DNA of 64,000 nt from an uncultured archaeon (GCA_964486045.1 CAZALK010000001.1:256001-320000), one strand, 5' to 3'; positions 1 to 11,188 are shown, counted from the stretch's first letter. Notes: generated by a model from the letters alone, not told the origin. Translations and numbers: made by a program.

Positions 1-119
1 ATAATGTGGAATTAATAGAGCTGATTAAAATAGCTTTTTAAACAAAACAAACTTGTTTTAAACCCATACATGAAGAACCAAATGGTAGTATATGGATGTG
101 ATTCAGGGATACGTCTTTT

Positions 120-380
120 ATTATGGTAATAAAAGTTAAGATAATGTTGAAAGAAATAAAGAAAACTTTACCTAAACTAGATTATCCTATATTAATATTT
201 CAAGGATGACTAGATTCAGATATAAAACCAAAAAAGATGGATGAAATATTTAATAGGATTAGTCCAAAAAATAAAAGAAAGGTTTAGTTAGGAAAAAACG
301 ACCATTCGATACTAAATAGCCAAGATCTTCAACGAATTTTTTCAAAACTAGGTAAGTTTATTAGTGCAATTTGTAATTGA
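120..380 (+). pseudogene. Degraded C-terminal part of an alpha/beta-hydrolase (carboxylesterase-like)
   Basis: Manual translation gives PILIFQG*LDSDIKP...RKV*LGKNDHSIL, the acid/His-bearing end of the fold, broken by TGA (207) and TAG (285). Confidence 0.6.
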
Positions 381-421
381 ACAATATTTTTAAATTAATT
401 TTTACATTAGATGATTAACTC

Positions 422-1654
422 ATGAATAAGAATATCGAGAAAGGAAATACTTTAATTGTGAATGGTCCTGCAAGAATATCATTATTAGAAGGAGAATTAG
501 AAGTTTTTGGTAAGGTAGTTCATCCAGAGAAAGGATCTTCAACACTAGAGACTGAAAATTTTAAAGCCCAAAATACTATAATAATACCTAGTGCTCAAAG
601 TTATCCCCTATATGCAAGAGAGAAGTCAGAATTAGAAATCTATACTAATTATGAGGAAAATCTAAAATTGATTGGGAAAAACTCAATTTCAGATAAATGG
701 ATCGAGATTAAGAGTGAAATTCTAAAGGATTTAAAGAATAATATTGAATCTCCGATAAAAATAATGGTCTTAGGTATGAGTAATGGAAAAACAACCCTTA
801 TCAAATATTTAGCTAATAGCTTTATAAAAGAAGGATTAAAAGGAGGATACCTTGATTCTGATCTTGGACAACAGATTATATATGTTCCTACAACAATCAA
901 CTTAGGTTCTATAAAAGATTATATAGTTTCGAGTGAAGATATACATTCTGAGAGGACTGAATTTATTGGGGCAACCTTTCCGAAAGGGGATTATAAATTC
1001 ATTGTATCTATTTCGTGTAAAAAAATGATTGATGAGTTTGTAACTAACAATAAAGAAATTGATTTTATATTGATTGACACTGATGGGTGGATAAAAACTG
1101 AAGCAGGGATTATATACAAGAATTTTTTTATTAAAACTGTCGATCCCGATATTTTAATTGCATTCCATGATGATTCAATTGAAGAATTAAGTGATATTGA
1201 GAAAGCAGCTGCAAAACAAAGTAAAAGTAGAAAAATCTTCTTAATTGAAGAAGAAAATGAGTATTTCTATGAAAAAGATAAGGAGGAGAGAAGATTTTTA
1301 AGACAAAGTCAGTTTTCCAAGAAATTTGAGATGTTTAGGAAGATGACTATCCCCTTAAATGACATGAAGTTTATAAAAACATATTTTGATAAGGAGAAAG
1401 AAGAGATTTTTGAAAGTGAAATAGATATTAATGAGTTAATAAAACTCCCTTATCATTATGTCATAATTGGGCTATTATCAGAAGATTCCGAATTAGTAGA
1501 AATTGGACTTCTTTTCACGATTAATATTGAGAAAAATTATATTTTGCTTTATTCAAACTTGACTTATAAACAGCAACTGAAAGTTAAAAAAATTTTACTT
1601 GGATCTTTACGACTCTCGACCAAAGGCAACCATCAGGGGTATTTATATCTCTAA
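422..1654 (+). CDS. Clp1/Grc3/Nol9-family polynucleotide 5'-hydroxyl kinase
   Basis: P-loop-like LGMSNGKTT, YLDSDLGQ, Walker B IDTDGW, and RRFLR lid motif. Confidence 0.85.
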   Translation: MNKNIEKGNTLIVNGPARISLLEGELEVFGKVVHPEKGSSTLETENFKAQNTIIIPSAQSYPLYAREKSELEIYTNYEENLKLIGKNSISDKWIEIKSEILKDLKNNIESPIKIMVLGMSNGKTTLIKYLANSFIKEGLKGGYLDSDLGQQIIYVPTTINLGSIKDYIVSSEDIHSERTEFIGATFPKGDYKFIVSISCKKMIDEFVTNNKEIDFILIDTDGWIKTEAGIIYKNFFIKTVDPDILIAFHDDSIEELSDIEKAAAKQSKSRKIFLIEEENEYFYEKDKEERRFLRQSQFSKKFEMFRKMTIPLNDMKFIKTYFDKEKEEIFESEIDINELIKLPYHYVIIGLLSEDSELVEIGLLFTINIEKNYILLYSNLTYKQQLKVKKILLGSLRLSTKGNHQGYLYL

Positions 1655-2211
1655 TTTTTGATTTTTTCAATATTTTCTTTTCTATTTTCAATTCTTGTAA
1701 AATTATTAACATAATTACCTGTGAAAAATCAATCGAGATTGAATGTCTTACCCCGGTATTGCTCGATCAACTGGGTTATATCGAAACCTTGAGTGTCGTA
1801 AGAAGCCATTATCTATAATAATAAGGTCAAGATATTTAATAACTTATTCTCTAAAGATTTATAATAAAACTAAATGAAAATTGATAATAGCGAAAAAGGG
1901 TACTTGAAAAATATATCTATAAGGTTGAAGTAACTGAAGTCGCTCCTTCCCAATCTCGAGATTTTCGATATTAGGTTTCTTTTTGTTACAAATCAACAAA
2001 ATATAATATTATTTAATAAGTAGTAGGTAGTAATTAGTAAGACCTTGTTCTACGATTGTTATCGAATCTTATCTCTTTTTTTTTATTTCTGAAAGAAAAA
2101 AATAATTTTTTACCTAAACCATTATGGCTAAAAATTTAATTTTTCTTACATACACTTAAATAGGAAAGAAATAAAGTTTAAATAGAACTTAGAAAAAAAA
2201 AAGACAAAAAC

Positions 2212-2370
2212 ATGAAATTTAAGAAACTTTCTTCAATCTTATTAGGATTAAGCATAATAATATCTTCTCTTTTTATCGTTATGTTTTTTTTCGGCACCCC
2301 AGATAACACAGAAAATCCAGAAAAGCCAGAAAATATTGATACAACATTCCCGATAGTGGAAATGAACTGA
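2212..2370 (+). pseudogene. Truncated secreted or surface protein (signal/TM plus start of an Ig-like repeat)
   Basis: Manual translation MKFKKLSSILLGLSIIISSLFIVMFFFGTPDNTENPEKPENIDTTFPIVEMN*; stops just after a DTTxP motif. Confidence 0.4.
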
Positions 2371-2514
2371 CAGGGCATTATTGACTCTTTCAAGATAAGA
2401 TCACTTTATGATTTAAATAAATAAAAATTATAGTTGAAAATTCAAATTTTTTTATTATAAAGAAATAACAGATCCATAATTAAAAAATAACTTAACAGAA
2501 AAAAGTGGATAATT

Positions 2515-2733
2515 ATGGATTTAGACACATATGTCTCAAGTGTTGAGGATGGGCTTGAATTCCTTATTGCATTCTTCTCGTTATTGGGATTCATAGGACT
2601 CCTTGCGGGATTTGGAATATTATTTCTAGGAGGGAGATTCAATAGGGGAGCAGCCTTTAAAGTTATAATCATTAGCTTAATTATTGTCGGGATAACGGGA
2701 ATGTACACCGGGGTTAAATACTTTCGCTTATGA
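2515..2733 (+). CDS. Small two-TM membrane protein, possibly VirB2/TrbC pilin-like
   Basis: 72 aa; two Gly-rich hydrophobic helices joined by a short basic loop. Confidence 0.55.
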   Translation: MDLDTYVSSVEDGLEFLIAFFSLLGFIGLLAGFGILFLGGRFNRGAAFKVIIISLIIVGITGMYTGVKYFRL

Positions 2734-2795
2734 ATAAGAATCTAATTTACTTTATTTTTTTTTTATTTTTTTATAATTATTAGATTATATTCGCA

Positions 2796-3011
2796 ATGTC
2801 AAAAATAACAAATCCAACTATTCCTAGAACTATTAATATATGTCCTAAGTGTAATAAAGGAATTAAAATAACTCAAGATAAAAGTATGAATAAAGATGAA
2901 ATAATTGAATGGTTTACTACCTTCATCAATAGAAATAAAGATCGTTTCACATTAGACTGGCTTAGAGAGCAAAGGTTAACATTTGAGAGTATTTATGAAA
3001 TGAGAAAATAA
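2796..3011 (+). CDS. Small hypothetical protein with one CxxC
   Basis: ATG ORF with CPKC; no family recognised. Confidence 0.35.
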   Translation: MSKITNPTIPRTINICPKCNKGIKITQDKSMNKDEIIEWFTTFINRNKDRFTLDWLREQRLTFESIYEMRK

Positions 3012-3037
3012 CCTTATTATGTGCTAATCACCTCATA

Positions 3038-3550
3038 TTGGGAAATAATGCAAGTTATAATGGTAATGCAGGGATATCATTAGGATTATGGAGGGAGAGT
3101 AATAATAACGAAATTACTGGAAATATAGCAAATAATAACACTTATGGCTTCTATCTTAGTCTCTCCGACAATAATACTCTTTACCTCAATAATCTTGTAG
3201 ATAATATCTTAAATGTTTATTCTTATAATTCGAGCAATAAATGGGACTCACAAAAACAAATAAAGTACATCTATAAAGGTATAACCTACACGAATTACCT
3301 AGGTAATTATTGGGATAATTACACGGGGATTGATAATAATAACGATGGAATTGGAGATACTCCCCTCATCATAGGCGGAGTTATTGACAATTATCCGTTG
3401 ATGGAACCAATTGAGAATTATGAAATTATTGAAATGCTTGAACCTTCAGAAGTCTCTGATAGTGGAATTCCTGGATATAACCCAATCTTTCTACTTGGCA
3501 TTCTATCCGTTGTAGTAATCATCCTAAGTAAAAAATTGAAGAAATCTTAA
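3038..3550 (+). pseudogene. C-terminal fragment of a NosD/CASH beta-helix surface protein with an IPGY sorting signal
   Basis: Asn-rich beta-helix repeats, GNYWDNYTGIDNNNDGIGDTP, and IPGY-TM-basic tail; no signal peptide, so N-terminally truncated. Confidence 0.7.
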
Positions 3551-3672
3551 AATCTATTTTTGTCTTTTTTTGTTTTATTTTTTTAAAAAGCTTAGTTCTT
3601 AACACTCTTTATTACAATTTTTTTTAAATTAACGAAAATACTCAAACAATTTTATAAAAAAAAAAAGGATTT

Positions 3673-4029
3673 TTAATGATATCCTTGAGGAATTTCCTTA
3701 CCATGAGTTATTATTCCCCATAAACTGGGATTAAAAAAGTTAAAAGCGACCCATACTAGCATAAATCCTAATAGTGCCCATTTTATACCTTTTAAACTTC
3801 CTGTAAACATCCTGATAAATCCGATTCCCAAAAGTATTAATCCTCCATATAAAAGAAAAGTGCCTATTTTCTCGAAGATGCCAGATACAAAATTTCCAAT
3901 TTGGTATCTTAAATTCCCTCCAAAAAATGGAAAATAGATAGCCGCAAAGGCGACTATCCCAAAAAAAACCCAAAAAACCTTCGATCCTCTTCTCCCTCTA
4001 TGATATCCATAATAATCTCGACGACTCAT
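3673..4029 (-). CDS. Small membrane protein (3 TM), possibly pilin-like
   Basis: Preceded by a GGAGGTG SD; three hydrophobic segments. Confidence 0.65.
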   Translation of the reverse strand: MSRRDYYGYHRGRRGSKVFWVFFGIVAFAAIYFPFFGGNLRYQIGNFVSGIFEKIGTFLLYGGLILLGIGFIRMFTGSLKGIKWALLGFMLVWVAFNFFNPSLWGIITHGKEIPQGYH

Positions 4030-4042
4030 TTAAACACCTCCC

Positions 4043-4705
4043 TTAATTTATGAACAGCTGACTTAAGTATGTCATTGAAAAATTATCCTTAAACACATCT
4101 GGTTTTAATTTTCTCGTTTTAAAATCGAGGATTAAGTAATAAGAAATTCCGCTTACGACTAAGATTCCCAAAATTAAAAGATAAAACGAAACCAAGTGCA
4201 CTTCTTGATTTACAAGACCTTTAATTCCAGAATAAACCATTAAGCTGCTAAAAATTAAGGTAAAACCTAAAAATATCCTATAACCCATATTCTCTAGCTT
4301 ATTGCTTGATATTTTAAAGAAATTATTATTCTCAAAATTATTAGCTTTACTTAAGAAAGATTCAATTCTGATGATCGAACTGTTTTTAACAGTATTTTCT
4401 TGGCACCTGTTCAAAAAAAGAATATTTACTTTACAATCTTCAATCGAAATATGTTTACAACGATATAGAGTAAGGGATGTTAAAGTCAGGTTTCTTAGAG
4501 TTAAATAAAGTTGACTGTTCGATAAAATCAATTTTAAAGGTAAGTTTCTTCCCGGATTTACAATGATAGGGCTCTCTTTCGTGCCTTGGCCCACCCATCC
4601 CAAATTTTTAGCAACAAGTACTAAATTATTCTCATCTAGTTTTAACTTAAAATTCTTAAATTTAATGTTGTACTCTGTAGGTTCATTATTTTTTAATAAC
4701 TGTAT
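4043..4705 (-). CDS. Short beta-helix protein with two C-terminal TM helices (probable ATA start)
   Basis: GQGTKESPIIV cap motif, beta-helix-like repeats, 2 TM; frame is open 34 codons beyond the tracked TTG to an ATA 6 nt after GAGGTG. Confidence 0.6.
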   Translation of the reverse strand: MQLLKNNEPTEYNIKFKNFKLKLDENNLVLVAKNLGWVGQGTKESPIIVNPGRNLPLKLILSNSQLYLTLRNLTLTSLTLYRCKHISIEDCKVNILFLNRCQENTVKNSSIIRIESFLSKANNFENNNFFKISSNKLENMGYRIFLGFTLIFSSLMVYSGIKGLVNQEVHLVSFYLLILGILVVSGISYYLILDFKTRKLKPDVFKDNFSMTYLSQLFIN

Positions 4706-4889
4706 TTTTTACACCTCATGTTTATTTTTAGGTTAGAAGGCTATATTAGCCTACATATTTAAATAAAAAAATTCAAAATGTAGAGAAAAAATATATTTGG
4801 TAGGATTAGAAATTTCAAAAGTTTTTTATTTAAATAGATTTAACGTATTTCGATTTATCAAATATTAAACCATTAAAACATGAAAAAAT

Positions 4890-5663
4890 ATGTTTGAAGA
4901 ATTACCCTATATCATCGGATTTATGTTATTTTCAGTTGTGATCTCATATGTGCTGTTAACATACACCCCTGAGCCCCTTATAAAAATAATTCAAGGATTA
5001 AGTGTCATTGGGATTGTAATACATGAATTATGCCACTTACTAATGTGTTTTATCACAAACACACATGTAGAGAGCGTTTCTCTAATAAAAAGGATTAAAA
5101 TGGATAAACAAGATAAACAATATGGATATGGTGGTGAAGTAAATGTTAAGGAGGAGCGGATTTCCTTTTTACAGGGTTTTTTAATAGGGTTTGCTCCTTT
5201 ATACTTTTCCTTTTGGCTATTTTTCTTTTTATGGGGACAAATCTCTAACCCTCATATAGATATTTGGCTCTTTTTTTTCTATCTCTTTGTTATGATTTCA
5301 ATATCATTCTCAGCAGCCCCCTCCTTCGCTGACTTAGCCCTGATACCTAAGGCTTTTTATACCGACATTTGGTATTCATTATATCAGATTTTTCTGGTGC
5401 TAATATCGATATTTTTAGTATTGGGAATAGCTTATACTTTTAATTTGAACTCCTTCCATGAAATTTTCAGCTATGTCTTCATATTTTTAGTGTATTATTT
5501 CTTTAAATACGGATTTAAAGGTATAAACTACTTCATACAAAATATCTCCTCAGATAAAATGAGACCACCTCGTTTTAAAAAGATCCATTATAGAGACTTA
5601 ACTCGTCGAAGGAGAAAACCAATTCAATTTAGAAAATTAAAAAAATTTGAATATGAATATTAA
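4890..5663 (+). CDS. Membrane zinc metalloprotease, M50B-like
   Basis: HELCH (HExxH) next to TM segments, GFAP, and APSFAD (PSxxD third ligand). Confidence 0.75.
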   Translation: MFEELPYIIGFMLFSVVISYVLLTYTPEPLIKIIQGLSVIGIVIHELCHLLMCFITNTHVESVSLIKRIKMDKQDKQYGYGGEVNVKEERISFLQGFLIGFAPLYFSFWLFFFLWGQISNPHIDIWLFFFYLFVMISISFSAAPSFADLALIPKAFYTDIWYSLYQIFLVLISIFLVLGIAYTFNLNSFHEIFSYVFIFLVYYFFKYGFKGINYFIQNISSDKMRPPRFKKIHYRDLTRRRRKPIQFRKLKKFEYEY

Positions 5664-5678
5664 AAAAAAGTTTTTAAA

Positions 5679-7700
5679 ATGGAAGCAGCTTATTGGTTAG
5701 TTAAAGTAATACTGTCACAAGGTCCCGCGAAACAAGAAAAAGAAACTTTCCTCGATTATGAGAATAAAAACAAAATTGAGATTGAAAAAACGTGGTTAAG
5801 CAATTTTTTCCAGAATGATACAGTGTATGGATTAGAACTTACTTCAATAGGTAATAAAATTGTATGGGAATTCTTTGTTAAGGCCAGGACATATGAACAA
5901 GCAATTATAAAGGGAAGTCTACTACTCAAATCATTAAAAATGAAGTTCCCTGGATTGTCTGGAACATGTAAGGCGATTCCCATTACAATTGAATATTTCT
6001 CCAATCAAAATTCAGTTCTTTATGAACTTGTATTACCTTCCCAAATAACAAACAAAATCCGATTTTTCATTATAAAACAATTCATTCAAAATAGTAGAGA
6101 CAACCCTAATAAGAACCGTATTTTAAGATTATTTATATTATGGCAAGAAGATGATTCTGTCTCTCGTTCCAATATGTTCCCACATGGTTTCTCGCAATTT
6201 GGAGACTTTAAAATCAAAATTTATGTAAAAATTGATTTCAAAAATAAACCATTTAAAAATAAGAAATCTGTAGATCCCCTACTACAAGCTGAGCTAGATT
6301 TCCTTACAATGAATATCTTAAATCTTAAAAGAGAAGGCGCTTGTATAAAGGAAGTATCCAGCGATATATTGAAAAATATCTATGAAGGAAAAGTTTTCTG
6401 GGTGAACTATAATCGAGTACGTACTGGGTTAAGATATTCCTTAATAATGCACAAAATTCCGTTGATGATACGACCATCGTTCATTAAACCATATAATGGA
6501 GATTTTAATTTCCCTGGGCTCTCTGGATTACCAAGACCATTTATTTTAGAAGATGAGAAAATTATCGACTTGGATATTTCAGAGAATGATCAAAATTTTA
6601 TTTGGTTCGGAAAAATATTGCGACAAGGTGTCCCAACTGAAGATAATGCTTATTTTCATATAGATAACCTCTCGCAAAGCTGTATTATCGCAGGAGAGAC
6701 AGGAACAGGTAAAACTAACTGTGCAAGTATAATTGTTAATGAGATTAATAGAAAAGCACCTCAAATTGGTATTTTAACCATAGGATTGTCAAAAAAAAAT
6801 CAAGATATCTTTTTTAAACCTGATAAAATCATTAGGTATGGGGATGAAGAACTAAAAATTCCATATTTTGTTAAACCCAACTCGAACGTGATGACTTTGG
6901 AAAAATATGCCCAAGAAACTGCTATGTATTTAACTGCTGGTATTGGTTTGAAGGGTACTGCTACAACTTGTACCTACAATACTATGATGGCTTTTGAGGG
7001 TGCAACAAATTGCCCAAAAACCCCAACTAAACTGTTTGAATCGACTCTAAACTATCTTGATCATCCAGACCATAAATATCATGAAAAGTTTCACACTAAT
7101 ATTAAATCTGAGATATTAAATAATGTATCTGAACGCTTTAATGACCCTATTATTGAAAAAGTTCTCACTTTGACTCCTGAAATCCCGAAATGGTTTAAAC
7201 AATGGCGAAATGGAATGAACATCTATATTGACCTTACAGAAGCTAGTGTCTGGTCGAAAATAATTGCATGTTTTGCTTTATTTCAAATGATAAAGACTCT
7301 TACTACCGAGTTCGACGTTCATACGTTAAATAACCTGATTGTGATTGATGAAATTAAACATCTTGGGGGAAAACCACTATCCACTCACCCATATGATGAT
7401 TTTCGCATCGCTAAAGAACGTCTAGAAATTATCTTGAAAGAATTACTCGAAGAATTCCGAAGCAGAGGAATAGCTTTCCTTTTAATTGATACAGACCCTT
7501 CTACCTTGTTTAAGTCTATTTCCAAATCCCCAAGCTTAAAATTCGTGTTTAGACTCGACCTTGAGAGCGGAAAATGCTTCACGCCAGACCAAAAGGAATT
7601 AAAATATATTAAAAATCAAGAACATCGACATACGATATTTTTTAATGGTGCTACAGGTGAAGAGTTTATAATTAAAACGTTAAGAAATAGGAATATATAA
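5679..7700 (+). CDS. HerA/VirB4/FtsK-superfamily ATPase
   Basis: Walker A GETGTGKT, Walker B LIVIDE, and EEFRSRGI arginine-finger region. Confidence 0.75.
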   Translation: MEAAYWLVKVILSQGPAKQEKETFLDYENKNKIEIEKTWLSNFFQNDTVYGLELTSIGNKIVWEFFVKARTYEQAIIKGSLLLKSLKMKFPGLSGTCKAIPITIEYFSNQNSVLYELVLPSQITNKIRFFIIKQFIQNSRDNPNKNRILRLFILWQEDDSVSRSNMFPHGFSQFGDFKIKIYVKIDFKNKPFKNKKSVDPLLQAELDFLTMNILNLKREGACIKEVSSDILKNIYEGKVFWVNYNRVRTGLRYSLIMHKIPLMIRPSFIKPYNGDFNFPGLSGLPRPFILEDEKIIDLDISENDQNFIWFGKILRQGVPTEDNAYFHIDNLSQSCIIAGETGTGKTNCASIIVNEINRKAPQIGILTIGLSKKNQDIFFKPDKIIRYGDEELKIPYFVKPNSNVMTLEKYAQETAMYLTAGIGLKGTATTCTYNTMMAFEGATNCPKTPTKLFESTLNYLDHPDHKYHEKFHTNIKSEILNNVSERFNDPIIEKVLTLTPEIPKWFKQWRNGMNIYIDLTEASVWSKIIACFALFQMIKTLTTEFDVHTLNNLIVIDEIKHLGGKPLSTHPYDDFRIAKERLEIILKELLEEFRSRGIAFLLIDTDPSTLFKSISKSPSLKFVFRLDLESGKCFTPDQKELKYIKNQEHRHTIFFNGATGEEFIIKTLRNRNI

Positions 7701-7705
7701 CTAAA

Positions 7706-7789
7706 GATTAACAAACGAATATAGACGAAATAGATAAATTAATGGGGCAATATAGACAATGGGAGAAGGAAGGGATAAGTAAGAAATAA
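7706..7789 (+). pseudogene. Orphan 3' fragment of the PCI-tail module
   Basis: Translates D*QTNIDEIDKLMGQYRQWEKEGISKK*, almost the same as the end of 27143..28627. Confidence 0.85.
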
Positions 7790-7839
7790 TTATTGATTAA
7801 TCAGATATCTATGGTAAAACTGTCTAAAAATTAATAAAT

Positions 7840-9360
7840 ATGACGGATACAGATAAAAATCTAGAAAAATTTAGGAAAATTCTAAATGTATACAATGAAA
7901 TTAATTTAGATAAAATGGCTAAATTAATCGGTTTTAGAAACTCTATAAATTTAGAACAATGGATTCTGGATTTGCCAGAAAAATATCACACCTATTTAAC
8001 TATAAAAGGAAAAAATGTTATTATACAATCTAACATCTCAGAAATGATTGATGACCTATTAAATGAATTCGACAAATGGGATAGTAGAAAAAATGAAAAA
8101 ATCATAGAAAGAATCGATTTAAGAAAGAGCTTTTTTAGAACGAAAACAGAAACCGAATCCGTTGTTTTAGGTGATTCAAAATTAGGATCAGCAGGTAAAA
8201 AGCTTCTTAGTTTATTGCCTACACATAAAAGTATAACAAAGAATCGATTTATTAAAGTCTTTGAACTTGAAGCACTAGTAGACATTGATGAATGGCTATT
8301 AAGTCTTCCAAAAGAACTAGGTGTTTTTCTTAATGTTAAAGATAACGTCATAATGTTTGAAAAGAAAGCTTCAAGTAAGGTAAAATTAAGAATAGCAGAA
8401 CATTTTGATGATTGGATTTCAAACTTAATGAATAAACTGACAAAAGTAGATGAATCCGCTGTTAATAAAGAAATAAAAAGAATTCCAAGTATTTTAGGAG
8501 CTGGGTATCATAATTTTTTTAAAATAGATATCAAAAAGGAAAATAGAAAATCTCTAATTCTTCATATAATTGGTCATAACCAATTTACTTCAAAATCTAA
8601 ATACGGAGATAGGACTTACACTACTTTTAGAGTAAATGAAGAAGTTAAACGGAGTGTTACAGATTTCCAACCAGATATAATAGAAAAAGCAAAAAAATCT
8701 ACTGTAAAGAGGGAGATCTCTCATAGAAATGGAACCCGACACTACTATGTAAGCCCCGGAGGTAGAAACATTAGTCGTTTAATAAAAACTTCAGAAAAAG
8801 ATTTTGAAACTAGCTTAAAAAACCTCTTGATTGAAGTTATTCCTGTAAAAAATATCTCATATTCAATTATTGCCCCATCAAAAAAACAAAATATCTTAAA
8901 CGTGTCTTCACCTCGAAAAATTTGTGTTAAGTGTGGTAAAATATTTACTCCTGTAATGTGAGATGGGTGGGAGATTAAATATTTATCACTAGAAAATGTT
9001 TATATCTGTGAGGAATGTAATCCTAAACTTAAAAAAATTGTCCAGGGAGAAAATATTGAAAGATCTAATAAGGAGTTAAACATTAAAGAAACACGATCAA
9101 AAAAATCAAAGTTCAGAATCTTTTCTATATTAAATATAATACTACTTCTGGCTGTTGGATTGTCTTTACTATCCCTTTTATTCCCTATTATTATTTTTAG
9201 CATATTAGAAGTTTATTTAGTAATAAAATGGAAGTTAAAATCTAACCAACTTAAAAATTTGAAATGGGAAGAATCTGTTAGAAGAAGAGCGGTTCTGAAT
9301 AGTGTTAAACAATACGAAGGTGAATTATTAAAAAAGAAATTTATACCTGAAATCTGCTAA
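7840..9360 (+). pseudogene. Protein with an N-terminal PCI-like domain, Zn ribbon and TM, split by an in-frame TGA at 8959
   Basis: ORFs 7840..8961 and 9160..9360 share a frame with no other stop between them; the stop splits CVKC...*...CEEC; N-terminus carries a WH-like segment ending IDDLLNEFDKWD. Confidence 0.65.
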
Positions 9361-9393
9361 AATCCCAAGAAAAGCAAAAAAAATATATATTGA

Positions 9394-9456
9394 GACCAGC
9401 AAACAAACATCAAGGAAGTAGATAAGATATTACAAGAATTGAATAAAGAGAAATAG
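9394..9456 (+). pseudogene. Degenerate PCI-tail fragment
   Basis: DQQTNIKEVDKILQELNKEK*, in the same frame as the upstream split gene. Confidence 0.6.
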
Positions 9457-9529
9457 AACCTAGAGAAAAAAAGAAATAGATTGTTACAAAGAATGAGTAT
9501 AATAAAAATTACAATTAAAGGTTATAATA

Positions 9530-11188
9530 ATGTGTGAGAACAAATTTAGTGATTATCTGTTTAGAATTCCTGCAAATGAATTATTCAATAAACTCTTAAA
9601 CTTACCGGAAATTTTAATTTATGGAATTCATAGGGATGGAAAACCAGAAATTTTGTACTCAAATGAAAAGGAATTTACTATTAAATGGCCTATAAGTGGT
9701 GTCGGAACCAACTCAACTAAATTTAAGCTAATTGAAAAGGAATTGAATGCAATAATTATTTATGATTTTGAATATGATTATACAGAACCAGAGGTTATTA
9801 ATCAAAATGGGAGATTAACTTTAATTTTCGAGGAGATTGCTCCTGAAAAAGTAATATTAAAAGTTTTAGTTCATGTTTTTGAACCCAGTGAATCTTTTAA
9901 AAAATATTTGAGTGGGAAGCTCAGATCAGATTTACTTTTTGGTTTAGACATGAATCATCAACTAGAAGTTTTACCAGTCAATTATTATTATACTTTTTCT
10001 AATAATGTGAGAGAGGTATTTGATTTATTATTGGATTTACCAAGTCTCTTGTTTAATTATTTTGAAAAGACTGAAGATTCAAACGAAAACGAATATACGG
10101 TTAAAATTAAAGGATATGGTGATAGTGATAATTATAGTTTTTTCAAATTTAAAATAATTGAAAAAGAATTAGATAAAAAAATTACCTATGATTATGATTT
10201 TAGAGAATCAAAAATCATTGGGACTAATCATAAGGGAAGATTATCTGTAATATTTGACGAAATTAGCCCTGTTAAAGTAAACTTAAAAGTATATAGCTAT
10301 CACGATTGGCTCGGGGAATCATTAAATAAAAAGTTAAAGAGACAAGATATTAGAAAACTATTTGTGAGGATTAGGGGGAAAATAAGAGCAGTTCATGATG
10401 GTAGTCTTGGTCTCCGTCGTGGTCTTACCCTAATTCTAGATGGGCTTAATATTACTGATATAAAGAATGAAGTAAAAGGACTTGAAAATCATACTGATTT
10501 AACTGACTTGCATCTTTTGTTTAATAACATTAAACAAATCTCTGGTCTTGACAATCTAGTAAATTTAACAAATCTTTATCTGAGAGATAATAAGATTGAG
10601 TGGATAAGCGGATTAGATAACCTTCCCAACCTGGAATTACTTGATTTAAGTGAAAACAACATACATGAGATTGAAGGTCTAGAAAACCTAACAAATCTAC
10701 GATTTTTGTATCTTAATGATAATAAAATCTCTAAAATAAGAGGAATGGAAAATCTTGAAAAACTTCAACATTTTGAAATTAAAAATAATCTAATTCCAGA
10801 GGATATTATAACGGAATTAGGAGGATATGAAAAAACTAGATACGGTACTGTCCTTGAACACGTACGTTTTCCGCAAAGATTTGTGAGATATTGCAGAAAA
10901 TCAAATATTATAACTGAACCTGAAAAAAGATTTGAAATAAAAGAAAATATACTAATAGCTAAGTTAAAGGAATTTGCAGAAGTCGCTCGAAAAATTCGGC
11001 TTAGTATGCTTAGAAATGCCTTAGATTTAGATAAGAGAACGTTTGATAACAAAATATTCAAATGGGCAAAAGAATTTAACTTTAAAATTGATGGAGATTT
11101 TATAATTATTGAGGGAGATATTACAGAATTCATTAATTCCTTAGATAATAAATTCAAGGATTGGGAAAAAGGGAGTAAAAAAATTTAA
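9530..11188 (+). CDS. Protein with two SRPBCC/START-like repeats, SDS22-type LRRs and a divergent C-terminal PCI-like domain
   Basis: Duplicated N-terminal unit (FKLIEKEL...GRLTLIFEEI and FKIIEKEL...GRLSVIFDEI); IxxIxGLxNLxNL repeats; ends FINSLDNKFKDWEKGSKKI. Confidence 0.75.
   Translation: MCENKFSDYLFRIPANELFNKLLNLPEILIYGIHRDGKPEILYSNEKEFTIKWPISGVGTNSTKFKLIEKELNAIIIYDFEYDYTEPEVINQNGRLTLIFEEIAPEKVILKVLVHVFEPSESFKKYLSGKLRSDLLFGLDMNHQLEVLPVNYYYTFSNNVREVFDLLLDLPSLLFNYFEKTEDSNENEYTVKIKGYGDSDNYSFFKFKIIEKELDKKITYDYDFRESKIIGTNHKGRLSVIFDEISPVKVNLKVYSYHDWLGESLNKKLKRQDIRKLFVRIRGKIRAVHDGSLGLRRGLTLILDGLNITDIKNEVKGLENHTDLTDLHLLFNNIKQISGLDNLVNLTNLYLRDNKIEWISGLDNLPNLELLDLSENNIHEIEGLENLTNLRFLYLNDNKISKIRGMENLEKLQHFEIKNNLIPEDIITELGGYEKTRYGTVLEHVRFPQRFVRYCRKSNIITEPEKRFEIKENILIAKLKEFAEVARKIRLSMLRNALDLDKRTFDNKIFKWAKEFNFKIDGDFIIIEGDITEFINSLDNKFKDWEKGSKKI

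Noticed and set aside
1729-1809. Relatively GC-rich patch as an RNA gene
   Set aside because: No tRNA cloverleaf or recognisable ncRNA; it reads as a 26-codon minus-strand ORF remnant that I cannot assign
2178-2708. Minus-strand ORFs 2178..2393 and 2442..2708
   Set aside because: Antisense to more plausible + strand membrane-protein frames
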